This document shows positions 15,436 to 29,854 of a stretch of 64,000 nt of DNA, piece by piece. A program made the translations under genes and the position numbers. The notes under the pieces are model-generated. The model searched no databases, was not told the DNA's origin, and saw only the letters and a list, made by a program, of their open reading frames with translations. This stretch comes from Octopus vulgaris (Eukaryota): contig OX597821.1 in assembly GCA_951406725.2 (NCBI GenBank), positions 5,952,001-6,016,000 of the forward strand, in the 5' to 3' direction. Positions within the stretch are counted from its first letter, which is position 1; every line of letters starts with the position of its first letter.

Positions 15436-16074
15436 ATATATATATATATAAACACATAAATGGTAAGAACATGGTTTCAATTCCTGGACCAGGCAATGCA
15501 TTGCCTTCTTGAGCAAAACACTTGATTTCAAATTGCTCAAGTCCACATTCAGCTAGCAAAAGTGACACATCCTGTGACGGAACGGTGTCCCATCCAGGGA
15601 GAAATGGTGAGTGGAATATATGTGCCACAGGATCTGGGAAACCAGCCTAAGGAGACTATGGCTTAGGAAGGACTTTGATGCTTTTGTATATATGCATGTA
15701 TGTCCATGTTTATGCATATACATGTACATATACACACACATACATATATATACTCACATACAGATAGATATACACACATATCTACATACACATTCATACA
15801 TAAATTGATATATAAATGTATATACATATATATCATCATCATCATCATCATCATCGTTTAACGTCCACTTTCCATGCTAGCATGGGTTGAACAATTTGAC
15901 TGAGGTCTGGCGAACCAGATGGCTGCACCAGATTCCAATCTGATCTGGCAGAGTTTCTACAGTTGGATGCCCTTCCTAACGCCAACCACTCCGAGAGTGT
16001 AGTGGGTGCTTTTACATGCCACCGGCACGAGGGCCAGTTAGGGTGGTACTGGGAACGGCCATGCTCAAATGGTG

Positions 16075-16123
<49 letters not shown>

Positions 16124-16486
16124 CACACATCATCATTTAACATCAGTTTCCATGCTGATATGGGGTAAAACTGTCCAACCCATGCCAGCATGGGAGATGG
16201 ACATTATATATATATATACAGAGAGAGAGAGAGGTGAAACAAGGTTTGTTAATGGTTATTACGGTAAATAATTCAGAGACAGAGAAAGAAATGAAAACAA
16301 AAACCTGAATTAAAGAAAAACGAATAAAAAATAAAAGCCCTGTCCCACAAAAATAAAAAATTACAAAACAAAAAGTGATTAGGAATAAATTTATGTAAAT
16401 GTTACAGACAACAACAAACAACAACAACATTCTAGACACAGAATTTAACATTGGGAGGAACAGGGAGGAGCCATTGGCTGAGAAAC

Positions 16487-16495
16487 ATGATGATG

Positions 16496-16554
<59 letters not shown>

Positions 16555-16658
16555 GATGGTGATGATGGTGGTGGTGATGGTGGTGGTGGTGGTGATGATG
16601 ATGGTGATGATGGTGATGATGGTGGTGGTGATGATGATGGTGGTGGTGGTGGTGGTGG

Positions 16659-16692
<34 letters not shown>

Positions 16693-16789
16693 GGTGGTGG
16701 TGATGATGATGATGATGATGATGATGATGGTGGTGGTGATGATGATGATGATGATGGCGGTGGCAGTGGTAGTGGTGGTGGTGGTGATG

Positions 16790-16821
<32 letters not shown>

Positions 16822-16880
16822 GATGATGATGGTGGTGGTGATGATGGTGATGGTGATGATGATGATGATGGTGACGATGA
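16487..16880. repeat. Mixed (GAT/GGT)n trinucleotide tract
   Basis: Direct inspection; open in several frames on both strands. Confidence 0.9.
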
Positions 16881-18381
16881 AGAATCTCCTTGAGACAAGA
16901 ACTTCCTGGTTTTCTCTTCAGGTCAATATTTATTGTTACAATAACTGAATATTTACAATAATTGATTGAACGAACAAGAAATGTTCTATTTCTCTGTTTC
17001 GTTTCATTCTTGTTGTGACAAAATTCATTCTCTTCATTTGCTTTCTATATACATAAGTGTGTGTGTGTGTGCGCGTGTGTGTGTGTGTGTGTGTGTGTTA
17101 TTCCTGTTCTTCTTTTTTATTGCAGTTTTTCTTTTTAGAATGTTTTTTGTATAAATTATTCTTTATATTCATTCTCTTCTTTTCAATATTCATGTTGATT
17201 TTTTTTCCTTGTGATACTTTGGGGTTGTTTTTGTGATATTTGCTCTCATAGATGTTTTCATATTTGTTTGCATGCACACCTACACACACACACACACACA
17301 TACTTGCACACATGCACACACTGGCACTCCATTCGTAATGTCGACAAGCGTTCCAGTGGATCCAATCAATGGAACAGCCTGTCATGAAATTAACATGCAA
17401 GTGGTTGAGGACACCAGAGACACATGTAACTTCTATGCAGTTCTCAGGAAGACTCAGGGCGACACTGAGCGTGGCCCATGGAATTACAGGTACAACTCAT
17501 TTTTGCCAGAACATTCTCTCACACACTTTTTTTGCTCATGAAATTAACATCAAGTGGCTGAGTACCTCACAGACACCCATAACTTTTATGCAGTTCTTAG
17601 GAAAATTCAGAGAAACACAGGGCGTGGCCCATGGAATTACAGGTACTACTCATTTTTGCCAGCTGAGTGGACTGGAGCAACACAAAATATGTGTCTTACC
17701 TAAGAACACAATGCACTACTGGAAACTGAACTCATGACCTTACAATCTTGAGCTGAATACATTAACCACTAAGTTACATGTCTTCACCACACACACACAC
17801 ACACACAGACAAACTTGATGAATAGAACTTAATACAAGTGTAAATCAAATGCCTGTGAGTCACTGTGTAACTTTTTACAGATTAAAAATTTTATACATAC
17901 GGCCATGTGGTACAAAGATTGCATCTGAAACATATGGTTTGGGGTTCAGTCCCAAGTGTCTGCTACTACACCTTGAACCAACCAAAGCCTTATGAGTGAA
18001 TTTAGTAGACAGAAACTGAAAGAAGCCCATTCTCTGTATGCATGCATGTATATATGTATGCATGTATGTATGTATGTATGTATGTATGTATGTGTGTGTA
18101 TGTATGTATATGTGTTTCAAGACCTCTTGCTAACAGAGAAAGAGCTGGTTTCTAACCTAGATCCAAGGCTCGTTCATTGGAATTTCAACATCAACAACAG
18201 GGTATTTTGCATGTATGTATACATGTACGTATGTATATGAGCAGATTTGTATGTTTTGCTTTATATATGTATTCTCATGCATCTGGTTGCCTATCTAGAC
18301 ATGCTCATATATATTCAAATGATACACTTCTGGAAAGTCTTACAGATTTTTACAATGTATGTATGTATATATGTATGTATA

Positions 18382-18598
18382 CGAAAGGGTGCTGAAAAGT
18401 TCCTGCCTTTAAGCATATCGTGAAAGGCTTCGTTGGAGGCCCAACCATCAGAGTTCTTTTACAGGGCTTAGAAAAACTGAAGGACCATTGTAATAAGTGT
18501 GTGACTCTGAGATGGGAATATGTTCATTAAAACCATAATTAACCGATCCTCCTGTATTTTCTTTTACCCAAAGCCAGGAGCTTTTCAGCATGCCCTCA
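18382..18598. mobile_element. mariner-type MITE
   Basis: TA|CGAAAGGGTGCTGAAAAGTTCCTG ... CAGGAGCTTTTCAGCATGCCCTCA|TA; related partial copies near 48867-49015 and 59346-59548. Confidence 0.7.
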
Positions 18599-18614
18599 TA
18601 TCATTTCTCTTTTA

Positions 18615-18849
18615 TCTTTTACTTGTTTCAGTCATTAGGCTGTGGCCATGCTGGGGCACCGCCTTGAAGAATTTTTTGTCAAATCTATTGATCCTAGTAC
18701 ATTTGTTTTTTAATGCCTTGTACTTATTCTATCAATAACATTTGCCAAACCGCTAGGTTACGGGGACATAAACACACTAACACAGGAAGCCAAGCAGTAG
18801 TGTGGGGTGGGGAAACACAGACACATGTAGATATATACATATATACATG

Positions 18850-18930
<81 letters not shown>

Positions 18931-19083
18931 GGCTTCTTTCAGTTTCCGTCTACCAAATCCACTCACAAGGCTTTGGTTGGTCCAAGACTATAGATGAAAA
19001 CACTTGCACAAGCTGCCACGCAGTGAGACTGAACCCAGAACCATGTGGTTGGGAAGCAAGCTTCTTACCACATACCCACGCCT
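18615..19083 (-). mobile_element. SINE family A
   Basis: Full-length match with expanded central (TA)n. Confidence 0.85.
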
Positions 19084-19092
19084 ACACCAATA

Positions 19093-19169
<77 letters not shown>

Positions 19170-19793
19170 GTGTGTATGTATATATATATACACACACACA
19201 TATATATAAATATACATATATACAAAAATATATACATATACATAAATATATACATATATATAGATATATATATATATATATACACACATATATAAATATA
19301 TATATACATATATATCATCATACATATACGTGTTTCCCCACCACCACCACCACCTACAATACATAACTGTCATTATACATAACACTTCACTAATTACAAT
19401 GCTTCTGATGAAGAGACATCATCATCATCATCAAAGACTGCACGAAAACAAATTCACACGATCTTTACGTAATGGTCACTGGAACATGTGTAAGAATTGT
19501 TGTGAGCAAATCATCCAGTGATATATTTTCCTTTTGGCATGTATCCTTTCTCCACAGACTAGAACCGCTACAGCCAGCACACCTGTATCCTTATATTAGT
19601 CACACAGTTATTCAAAGCGTCTGCCCAGACATCTGTACTCAAGTGTAATGGAAAATATGAAGTTCCAACTCATTGGTCATATGTCATGCACTTTAACAAG
19701 CATTATATGCATTCATATATGCATATATATATGTGTGTGTGTATATATATATACACATACATATATACATACATATATATATATATACACATG

Positions 19794-19824
<31 letters not shown>

Positions 19825-19849
19825 ATACACTAACACAATGGACATATAT

Positions 19850-20613
19850 ACTCTTTTACTAGTTTCAGTCATTTGACTGCAGCCATGCTGGAGCACCGCC
19901 TTTAATTGAGCAACTCGACCCCAGGACTTATTCTTTTGTAAGCCCAGTACTTATTCTATCGGTCTCTTTTGCCGAACCGCTAAGTAACAGGGACATAAAC
20001 ACACCAGCATCGGTTGTCAAGCAATGCTAGGGGACAAACACAGACACACAAACACACACACATATATACATATATACGACAGGCTTCTTTTTGTTTCCGT
20101 CTACCAAATCCACTCACAAGGCTTTGGTCGGCCCGAGGCTATAGTAGAAGACACTTGCCCAAGGTGTCACGCAGTGGGACTGAACCCGGAACCATGTGGT
20201 TAGTAAACTAGCTACTTACCACACAGCCACTCCTGCCTGCGCCTATATATATATATATACATATGTACATACATTCACTTATAAATATATATATCAGTAA
20301 TATATTGGAAATTATATATTATTTCTACTCATACAAAGACATTGTTTCAGTCATTTGACTGCGGCCATGCTGGAGCACTGCCTTGAAGGGTTTGAGTCAA
20401 AGAAACCGACCCTAGGACGTATTTTTTGTAAACCTAGTACTCATTCTATTGGTCTTTTTTGCCAAATTACAAATTACAGGGACGTAAACACACCAACATC
20501 AGTTGGCAAGCAACACCAGGGGGACAAACACAGCCACACACACATAAAAATATACATATACAATGAGCTTCTTTCATTTTCTGAAAGTATCTTATCATGC
20601 AGCCACGCCTGCA
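19850..20613 (-). mobile_element. SINE family A, one full copy and one internally deleted copy
   Basis: Matches at about 19850-20243 and 20342-20613. Confidence 0.85.
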
Positions 20614-20669
20614 CCTATGCATATTCAAACATGCACAGACACACGCACACACATACACACACACACACA

Positions 20670-21045
20670 CACATCATCATCATCATCATCATTGTTCGAC
20701 CGTGGTCGAGACAATGGAATTTACTATGTTACGCCAGACTTCACGGTCCATCATAGCATTACGGAGGTCCTGTTGCTGGATGCCTGTATCCCTGGAGTTT
20801 ACATCAGGGTAGGAGAGTGTGCGTCCTCTGGTATTGCAAGTAGATGGCTTCCAGAGGAAAAGAGTAGAAATTACTTCTTTTTCAGCTCTACAACAATGTC
20901 CAGCAAACTGGACTCTCCTACCTTTCACAAGAGATGACACAGGTGGTAGTTTCCCATATATTTGCATTTTGGTTAGATGACGCTTCCACGAGAGATTTTG
21001 AGCTCTCATAAGGAGGCGAGTGTAGGTTCCATCCAACCGCCTCTC
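20670..21045 (-). mobile_element. RTE-clade LINE 3' fragment
   Basis: RLDGTYTRLLMRAQNLSWK..RRVQFAGHCCR..LWKP..AMMDREVWR, stop followed by (TGA)n tail. Confidence 0.8.
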
Positions 21046-21599
21046 ACACACCCACACATCTAGAGAGAGGGCATTCTGTCGGCTACAAGTCTTCCAGTTG
21101 ATCTGATCAACAGAACAGCCTGCTCATGAAATTAGCACTGGATGGTCGTTAGACCAGAAGGAGGGTAAAATAGTGAATGCTCGAGAAATGTTTTCTAAGA
21201 CAAGAGAAAAGATAGAAGAGTGAGACAGATAGGATTCCAGGGTTCGCTATCTTAGCCCCGTTCTGGTCTAACAGCCCTCCATGTTTGTTTCCGTTCGGTT
21301 TCCTTGGATGTCTCCACTGACCTGCTTCTGTTCTCAACTTTGACCTTCCATAAATCCCAAATTTTATTTTGGTATTTGTGGGAACAACTGCCTTCAAAGA
21401 CTCATATTGTTGATCACTGCCCAAAATGAGGAATAGATAGGCAGCCAACAACTGATGAAGGGTCGTTCTTTATGTTACTTGTCCTGTTTTCCATTTGTCT
21501 CTCTCATTTGTTTTCATATTTCCTGTTGTTTACTGTTTGTGACGTCCTGTAGCCATATATAAATATACACATAATATACATACACATGCATGCGCAAAC

Positions 21600-22163
21600 A
21601 CACACGACAGGCTTCTCTCAGTTTCTGCCCATGAAACTCACTTACAAGGCTATGGTCAGCACAGGGCCATGATAAAAGTCACTTGCCCATAGTGACGTGC
21701 AGTGAAACTGAACCTGAAACCATGTGGTTGGGAAGTAAACTTGTTACCATGCAACCACATCTCTTTAACACGTTTCAGTCATTTGACTGTGGCCATGCTG
21801 GGGCACCGCCTTTAGTCAAAGGAATCAACCCTGGGACTTATTGTTTGTAAGCCTAGTACTTACTCTACCAGTCTCTTTTGCTGAAGCGCTAAGTTTCAGG
21901 GACATAAACACACCAACACCAGTTGTCAAGCAATGGTGGGGGGAGAAATACAGTCACAAAGGCACAGACGCATAAATATATATCCATATATATATATATA
22001 TTTACAGGCCAGGCTTCTTTCAATTTTCATCAACCAATTCCACTCACAAGGCTATGGTCGGCCCAAGGTTATAGTAGAAGACACTTGCCCACAGTGCCAC
22101 ATAGTGGGACTGAACCCGGAACCATATGGTTGGTAAGCAAGCTTCTTACCACAGAGCCACACC
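21600..22163 (-). mobile_element. SINE family A, one half copy and one full copy
   Basis: Matches at about 21600-21760 and 21772-22163. Confidence 0.8.
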
Positions 22164-22195
22164 TATATATATATATATGTGTATGTGTGTGTGTA

Positions 22196-22248
<53 letters not shown>

Positions 22249-22381
22249 GTATGCAGATATATATGTATATGTATGTGTGTATGTGTGCATGAATATATAT
22301 GCGCACGCGTTATACATACATGTATGCATGGATGTATGTCAGTATGCACATGACTAGTGTGCTTATATTTGCATATATATG

Positions 22382-22434
<53 letters not shown>

Positions 22435-22696
22435 GTACCTATGTACAAACATACATGCATTGGCACATACGGACACACACACATACACACATACATCAAT
22501 ACATTCATAATAATAGACTGTAAATCATGTATTATTTCTCTTTTCTGTTGCTACATGTTCAGTTTGTGTTGCATATATCAAGTAATGACTGCTACAAACA
22601 TTCAAGACTGTCTTTATGGTCACATATCAGACAAATAACAGCCATATCCACTCTGCTCTATGCTGGCAAATAAATCACTTTTTGCGTGTGTGTGTG

Positions 22697-22728
<32 letters not shown>

Positions 22729-23244
22729 CGTGTGTGTGCATTTTAAATAATTTATTGCAAGCATAACTCCAGTCGCCATACTTTGAATGTGTGTATGAGC
22801 ATAAACACACACATACACATATATATATATACATACATACACACATAGATGCATGCACATATACGTAGGCACATATATACATATGTATACATGTATATTT
22901 GTGTGCACATATAAATATATATATATCTATATATATATATTTGTGTGTGTATATATATATATACACATACACACACGTATATGTACATATATATATATAA
23001 GCACACATAGATATGCAAGTACAATGCACATGTGTGTCTGTCTGAGTATGTGTATATATGTACGTATATATGCATTCATGCATAGCTCTCCCTTCCTCTT
23101 TTGTGTGTGCATGCGTGCATGTATGCATGCATACATGTGCACATTTCTGCACACATTCACATGAGTGCATACATGCATGCAGATTTTATTTTCCATTTCG
23201 TCTAACAAAACTATACACTTATCTATATCTATCTATCTATGTGT

Positions 23245-23299
<55 letters not shown>

Positions 23300-23719
23300 C
23301 ATATATATATATACACACATATATAAATGCACACACACATGCATACACATTCATGTACATACATATATGCATACATAGATATTTCTATTGTGATGCAATA
23401 CTATCTCTTCTAGTATACTACATTGAGTGTGTGAGTGTGTGTACATGTGTGAGTGTGTGTACATGTGTGAGTGTGTGTACGTGTGTGAGTGCATGTGTGC
23501 TTGAGACGTAGGCTGAATTATGTGTATGTGTCAAATGATTAACACCCCTTGACCTGAGGTCAAGCCATGACCTTTTATAGTTCGTTTGTCACAAAGACAT
23601 TAATACCAGAGTAAACCTGCCAAATCTATACATGCAGCATCAAAAGTTATGCTAGACCAACTCAATGCTCTCTTCTGGTGCAAGCTGCCAATTCTTTTTA
23701 AGTATACCCAGCACCAATT

Positions 23720-23750
<31 letters not shown>

Positions 23751-23801
23751 ATCTACATAAACAGACTGATAGACAGACAGACAGGCATAGACATAGATAG
23801 A

Positions 23802-23837
<36 letters not shown>

Positions 23838-23953
23838 TAGATAGATAAAAACAGACAGACAGATAGATAGACAGAGAGACATATAGATGGATAGATAGAT
23901 AGATAGACTAGACAGATAGATAGATAGATACATAGATAGATACATAGATAGAC

Positions 23954-24022
<69 letters not shown>

Positions 24023-24029
24023 GGCAGGC

Positions 24030-24064
<35 letters not shown>

Positions 24065-24096
24065 TAGATAGATAGATAGATAGATAGATACATACA

Positions 24097-24152
<56 letters not shown>

Positions 24153-24282
24153 TAGATAGATGGCAAGAAAAGAAAGAAAGAAAGAAAGAGACAGACAGAT
24201 ATCTTCGCCTCCCTTGGACAGTAGTAGTGTGGACTGAACACACCGTGCAAAATCACAATATTAGTGAGAGTAATATTATTTG

Positions 24283-24320
<38 letters not shown>

Positions 24321-24607
24321 TCCTATAACATAAATGCAACTACCAGCATATCTTAAACCTTCCTGTCCTTGTTAAGTAAGCATTTCCTAGCCACACATAA
24401 GTGCCATAAGCTTTTCAACAAGCACAATGTTGAAATCAGTTATAGTTGCTTATGGAGCATCACTTCCCAATTATCTCATCCTTCATGCAATAACTCCCCA
24501 CCCGAACAGTTAACATGCAATGGCAACAACATTCGAGTTTTCAGTGATTCAAAGAAAATGCTTCACAGAAGCAGAAGTATAGCAAGAAATAATTACACAG
24601 TCAGCTC

Positions 24608-24987
24608 TACTCTTTTACTTGTTTCAGTCATTTGACTGTGGCCATGCTGGAGCACTGCCTTTTTAGTTGAGCGAATCGACCCCAGGACTTATTCTTTGGA
24701 AGCCTAGTACTTATTCCATCGGTCTCTTTCGCTGAACTGCTAAGTTACGGGGGCATAAACACACCAGCAGTGGTTGTCAAGCGATGTTGGGGAGACAAAC
24801 ACAAACATATACACACACATACATACACACACACATACACACATACATATATATATATACATATATACGACGGGCTTCTTTCAGTTTCCGTCTACCAAAT
24901 CCACCCATAAGGCTTTGGTCGGCCCGAGGCTATAGTAGAAGACACTTGCCCAAGGTGCCACGCAGTGGGACTGAACCCGGAACCATA
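24608..24987 (-). mobile_element. SINE family A
   Basis: Near full-length match. Confidence 0.85.
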
Positions 24988-25381
24988 TTTTGGTTTTCAT
25001 CTACCAAATCTTCTTACCAGCCTATAATAGAAAACACTTGTCCAAGATGTCACAAGGAGGGAATGAACTCAAGCACACATGGTTGGCAGACCAGCTTCTC
25101 AACTACACAGCCATAAAGATTAAAATTTGAATCTTATCCCAACATTACTTCAACACACTGGTGTGTGTGTGTGTGTGTGTGTGTGTTTTAAGTATAATCA
25201 TACATAAAATCCATTAAATGAAGAAGCATGAAGTTTATTTTAACAGGGAAAAGATTGATAATGGCTCTGAAGTTTCTCCCATGATTAGCTTCATCAGTGG
25301 GAAAATGTCAACCTTTTCCTCGAAAAAAGAAATATATTTCTATAAATATACATTTCTTTAGAAGGTCCATGTGTGTACATA

Positions 25382-25414
<33 letters not shown>

Positions 25415-25734
25415 GTATATACATACGTGGAAGTATAAACATATATATACATGCATATAAATATATATAGATATACATATATACATATTCATATATACAT
25501 ATATTCATATATATGCATGCATATACATATATATATACATATATAGATATACATACACATATATATACAGGCAAATACATATACATACACATATATATAT
25601 ACATGCATATACATATACATATATATACATATACGTATACATATATACATATATATATACACATTCATATATATATATATACACATTCATACATACCCAT
25701 ACATATATATATATATATTCATACATACCCATAC

Positions 25735-25765
<31 letters not shown>

Positions 25766-26727
25766 CACACAGACACACAAATGTATGCACATATGTACAC
25801 ACATGTGTGTATGTGTATTTATATATATACATACACAATTAAACATATACACAAACACACATGAGGATGCATCATCATAACCCCAACCATGCATGTGTGT
25901 GTCTATGGAATTGGATAGAGAATCTCTAAAACTCAAAAATAATGGACATTTCCTTCTTAAACATTCCAGAAATAGTTGGACAGAGCAGCAGAGATAGCAA
26001 AACAAACAACTGAAATAATAAAAAAAAAAAAAAGAGAAGAAAAAAAAAAGAAAAAATTAAGAAAAGAAAAAAGAAAAAATCAAGAAAAAGGAAAGAAAAA
26101 ATGAAGAAAAAAGCAAACAAAATCAAGATTTCTGAATGAGTATAAAGAAAAGCATCAGAGCAGCCAAAAGTTCAAAAGACATACTGGAATCCACCAAATA
26201 CATTATCTTGAAAAGTTAAGTCAATTATTGAAAAATAATCAGTTTGTAGAGAGCTGCGATTATTTAGCACTGCAATGTGGAGAAGAAGAAGAAAAACGAG
26301 AAGAAGAATAAGGAGAGGAAGAGAGAAAGAAAAGAAGCAGAAAGGGGATTTATTATTACAGACTTATCTCAGAATATTTCCAAACATAAATTCCTCTTCT
26401 TCCTCTTCTACCTCCTCCTTTCCTACTCCACTCACTGCCCGGACACACACCACCCCTTGTTATCAAATTATAATTTACTCATAGCACTTGTGGCTTGGTA
26501 AGAGAAACTTTTTTTTTTTAAATTATGAAAAAATAGTTTGCCCATCCTCCACCCCTGCCACCACAAATTTTTGCCAAGAATACCTGATTATAAATTTCTC
26601 TCTCTCTCCCTCTTTTTTTTCGTTCTTTATATCCTTCTGTATGTTTGTGTGCATACATTTGTGCTTACTGAATGTATACTTGTGTATACTTGGTTTCAAT
26701 ATACGCATACAGACAGACACAAGCTTA

Positions 26728-26861
26728 TCTGAGACAACTCTTGGTCCTATAATACAACTCTTCCTCTGAGACAACACTTGGTCCTATAATACAGCTCTTT
26801 GTCTGAGACAACTCTTGGTCCTATAATACAACTCTTCATCTGAGACAACTCTTGGTCCTAT
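26728..26861. repeat. 37-bp minisatellite, about 3.6 copies
   Basis: TCTGAGACAACTCTTGGTCCTATAATACAACTCTTCC repeated in tandem. Confidence 0.9.
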
Positions 26862-27164
26862 GAGAGAAAACTGTCTGTTTTAAAGTGATTTAAACTTCAC
26901 ATTACTATATTTTTATAGAAAAACTCTTTTATTTCAATTAATTTAAAGAAGAATTTAGTAAAATGACTTTGTCATTTATAAGCTGGTGTTTTGAACAGAA
27001 ATTGAAAAATTTTGATGGAAAGTTTGAATTTCAATCATTTTAAAATGGAAACTTTGTATCATAGAACCAAGGCTGGCCTCAAGCAGATTGATATAAAAAA
27101 GAAATTAAATTAAAACTTTTCATTAAATTTTCATGTTAACTAATATAAACTTCATGTTAACTTA

Positions 27165-27489
27165 CAGCCATGGCCAAAAGTTTGGAACATTTATTTAAAA
27201 ATTAGAACTGTTATGCCCAAGTACAATTCTTTGCAAATATAACTTTGGGTACTTAATATAAAAAATTCTAATTTTCATCCTATGTTCCAAACTTTTGGCC
27301 AGGTAATAATATATTGCAAATTAAATATATAACTTTGGGCATTTAATATAAAAATTCCAGACCTAATTTTCAGATCTATGTTCCAAACTTTTGGCCAAGT
27401 AATATTTAGCAAATCAAATACAACTTTGGACATTTAATATATAAATTCCAATTTTTGAGATCTATGTTCCAAACTTTTGGCCATGGCTG
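27165..27489. mobile_element. Tc1-like MITE with triplicated subterminal segment
   Basis: 26-bp TIR CAGCCATGGCCAAAAGTTTGGAACAT / ATGTTCCAAACTTTTGGCCATGGCTG, TA on the left. Confidence 0.8.
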
Positions 27490-27947
27490 TCCATAAAACT
27501 AACATGTTCATTTACACAACTTTAGACAAAGATCATTTTACTGAATTTTTCATTATTCTCAAAATTAATTGAAAGAAGGGCAGTAAATTTCAAAAGAAAT
27601 TTGGTAACAAAAGGGTTAAAGACAAGAAGAAATGGATATGGGAAGAGAAGAAATATACAACTAGATGAAAGGTGCAAGAGGATAAAAGTTGCCATATCTT
27701 TGAGACGACATAAGCCACTACTTAACCATGTTTAACAGCATATAAGACACACGGGCATATGAGATGCACCCCAATTTCAAGGAAAAGAGTTTTTACTGTG
27801 TTAAAGCATGAGGGCCAATTTCGGGGTGAGTTTTTTTGAGGCATTCTTTTGAAAACGTATGTCTTATATGTTATCAAGTATGGTATTATATACAAGAATG
27901 CTATCTGTCATACGACAAGTAATGCTGAGAGTATACTTTCGCAATGT

Positions 27948-28277
27948 GAAGGCACATAGCTCAGTCGTTAGAGCATCAGGCTTACATTCATGAGATAGTG
28001 AGTTCGATTCCCGGACCAGAGTGTGTGTTGTGTTCTTGAGCAAGACACTTTACTTCACATTGCTCCACTTCATTCAGCTGTAGAAATGAGTTGCCAAACT
28101 GTACCAGCCTTTGCCTTTCCCTTGGATAACATCGGTGGCATGGAGAGGAGAGGCTGGCATGCATGGGTGACTGCTGGTCTTCCATAAAATAACCTTGCTT
28201 GGACTAGTGCTTTGGAGGAGAACTTTCTAGGTGCAATCCCATGGTCATTCATGACTGAAGGGAGTCTTTACCCTTTA
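27948..28277 (+). mobile_element. tRNA-derived SINE family C
   Basis: Head TAGCTCAGTCGTTAGAGC..GAGTTCGATTCCC..CTTGAGCAAG; related copies at about 1930-2372 (minus, duplicated tail) and 62180-62555 (duplicated tail). Confidence 0.75.
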
Positions 28278-29444
28278 TACTTTTGCAGTTATGTATGACC
28301 CCATTATAGTAAGATTTCTTACCATGAGTAAGAGTAGGAGTTGTGTAGTTTATGTCTGACCATATTGGATTGACCTATTCAACAAGAAACTGACCATTCA
28401 GCAACCCCTTCAGTTGTTATCTATCCTCAGTTGGATAGAACATAACAGACCTACATAAAGTCTGCTTGACAAACAAAACGGTGAGAAGATTTGACTGCTA
28501 TTTCTACCAGATCTATTGACAACATGGATACCTCCTTTATTATCGTTCCTTAATCCCAGGTCAGACCATGGTCAAGCAGAGACCTATGAATAAAAACATC
28601 CCAACCATGACACTCACCGCCGAATGAATCAACATCAGCCATTCACTGTGTCCTCCTGGCCAAATTCACTTTAAACATGACCCTAACGCAATCGAAGTAA
28701 TAGTTTTGAATGTAAGCTGTGATGGTCATAAGAGGAAAGTGATAGGTCAACTCAATCAGATTTCAACAACAACAACAAGAACAATAACGACAACAGTAAA
28801 TTTGTAAGCATGGAGAAATCAAAGAAGAAATTAGATTAAAGAAGACATTTACTAGTTCAATCCAGTTACTTGCTCTCTGATATTGTAGACTGTCCACTTG
28901 CTTTTAATCAACTAAAGGTAGAATGTACTTTAAGCAGCCAGTCTTGGAGACACTCTTCCATCTATCCCTTTCTGTCTCTCTGTCTCCAAATATCTCTCTC
29001 TACCTATTGATCTGTCTATTTCCTTATATCTCTTTATCAACTGTCTTCCCCCCCCCTCTCTCTCTCTCTTTCTCTCTCATAAATACCTTTCATTCTGAAT
29101 CTGTACCTTTAACTATATATGTGTGTGTGTGTGTGTAAATTAATATTCTACTTCTCTCTCTCCCTTATATATGTATATATATGTGTGTGTGTGTGTGTGT
29201 GTATGTGCATATATATATATATATATATATAATTGCAATCACTCTCACATCCTGTTTATCTATCTGTCCTATATTTCTATTTCCATCTCTCTCATCACTC
29301 ATCTCCACACACCACCGTTAGATGCACAGCTTTCTTTCTCTCCTCATCTTAAGTAACCATGGCAATTTAATGTATATGCACACATATGCATTACACACAC
29401 ACACACAGACACACATAAATATACATATTTCTATAAATATTCTC

Positions 29445-29658
29445 TTTCTCCTTTTCGTTTCAGTCATTTGACTGCGGCCATGCTGGAGCACCGCCTTTAG
29501 TCAAGCAAACTGACACCAGGACTTATTCTTTGGAAGCCTAGTACTTATTTATCGGTCTCTTTTGCCAAACCACTAAGTTACGGGGACTTAAACACACCAC
29601 CATTGGTTGTCAAGCAATGTTGGGGTTCAAACACAGACACACAAACATATACACACAC

Positions 29659-29695
<37 letters not shown>

Positions 29696-29842
29696 CGACG
29701 GGCTTCTTTCAGTTTCCGTCTACCAAATCCACTCACAAGGCTTTGGTCAGCCCGAGGCTATAGTAGAAGACACCTGCCCAAGATGCCGCGCAGTGGGAAT
29801 GAACCCGGAACCATGTAGTTGGTAAGCAAGCTACTTACCACA
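29445..29842 (-). mobile_element. SINE family A
   Basis: Near full-length match, just left of the Tigger TIR. Confidence 0.85.
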
Positions 29843-29854
29843 TATATATATGTA

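Noticed and set aside
25245-25322. Hammerhead-like CUGAUGA..GAAAC on the minus strand
   Set aside because: No convincing stem II or adjacent stem I; at most a decayed remnant.
27948-28030. tRNA gene
   Set aside because: A/B boxes run into a SINE body with no complete cloverleaf; the same applies to the other SINE heads.
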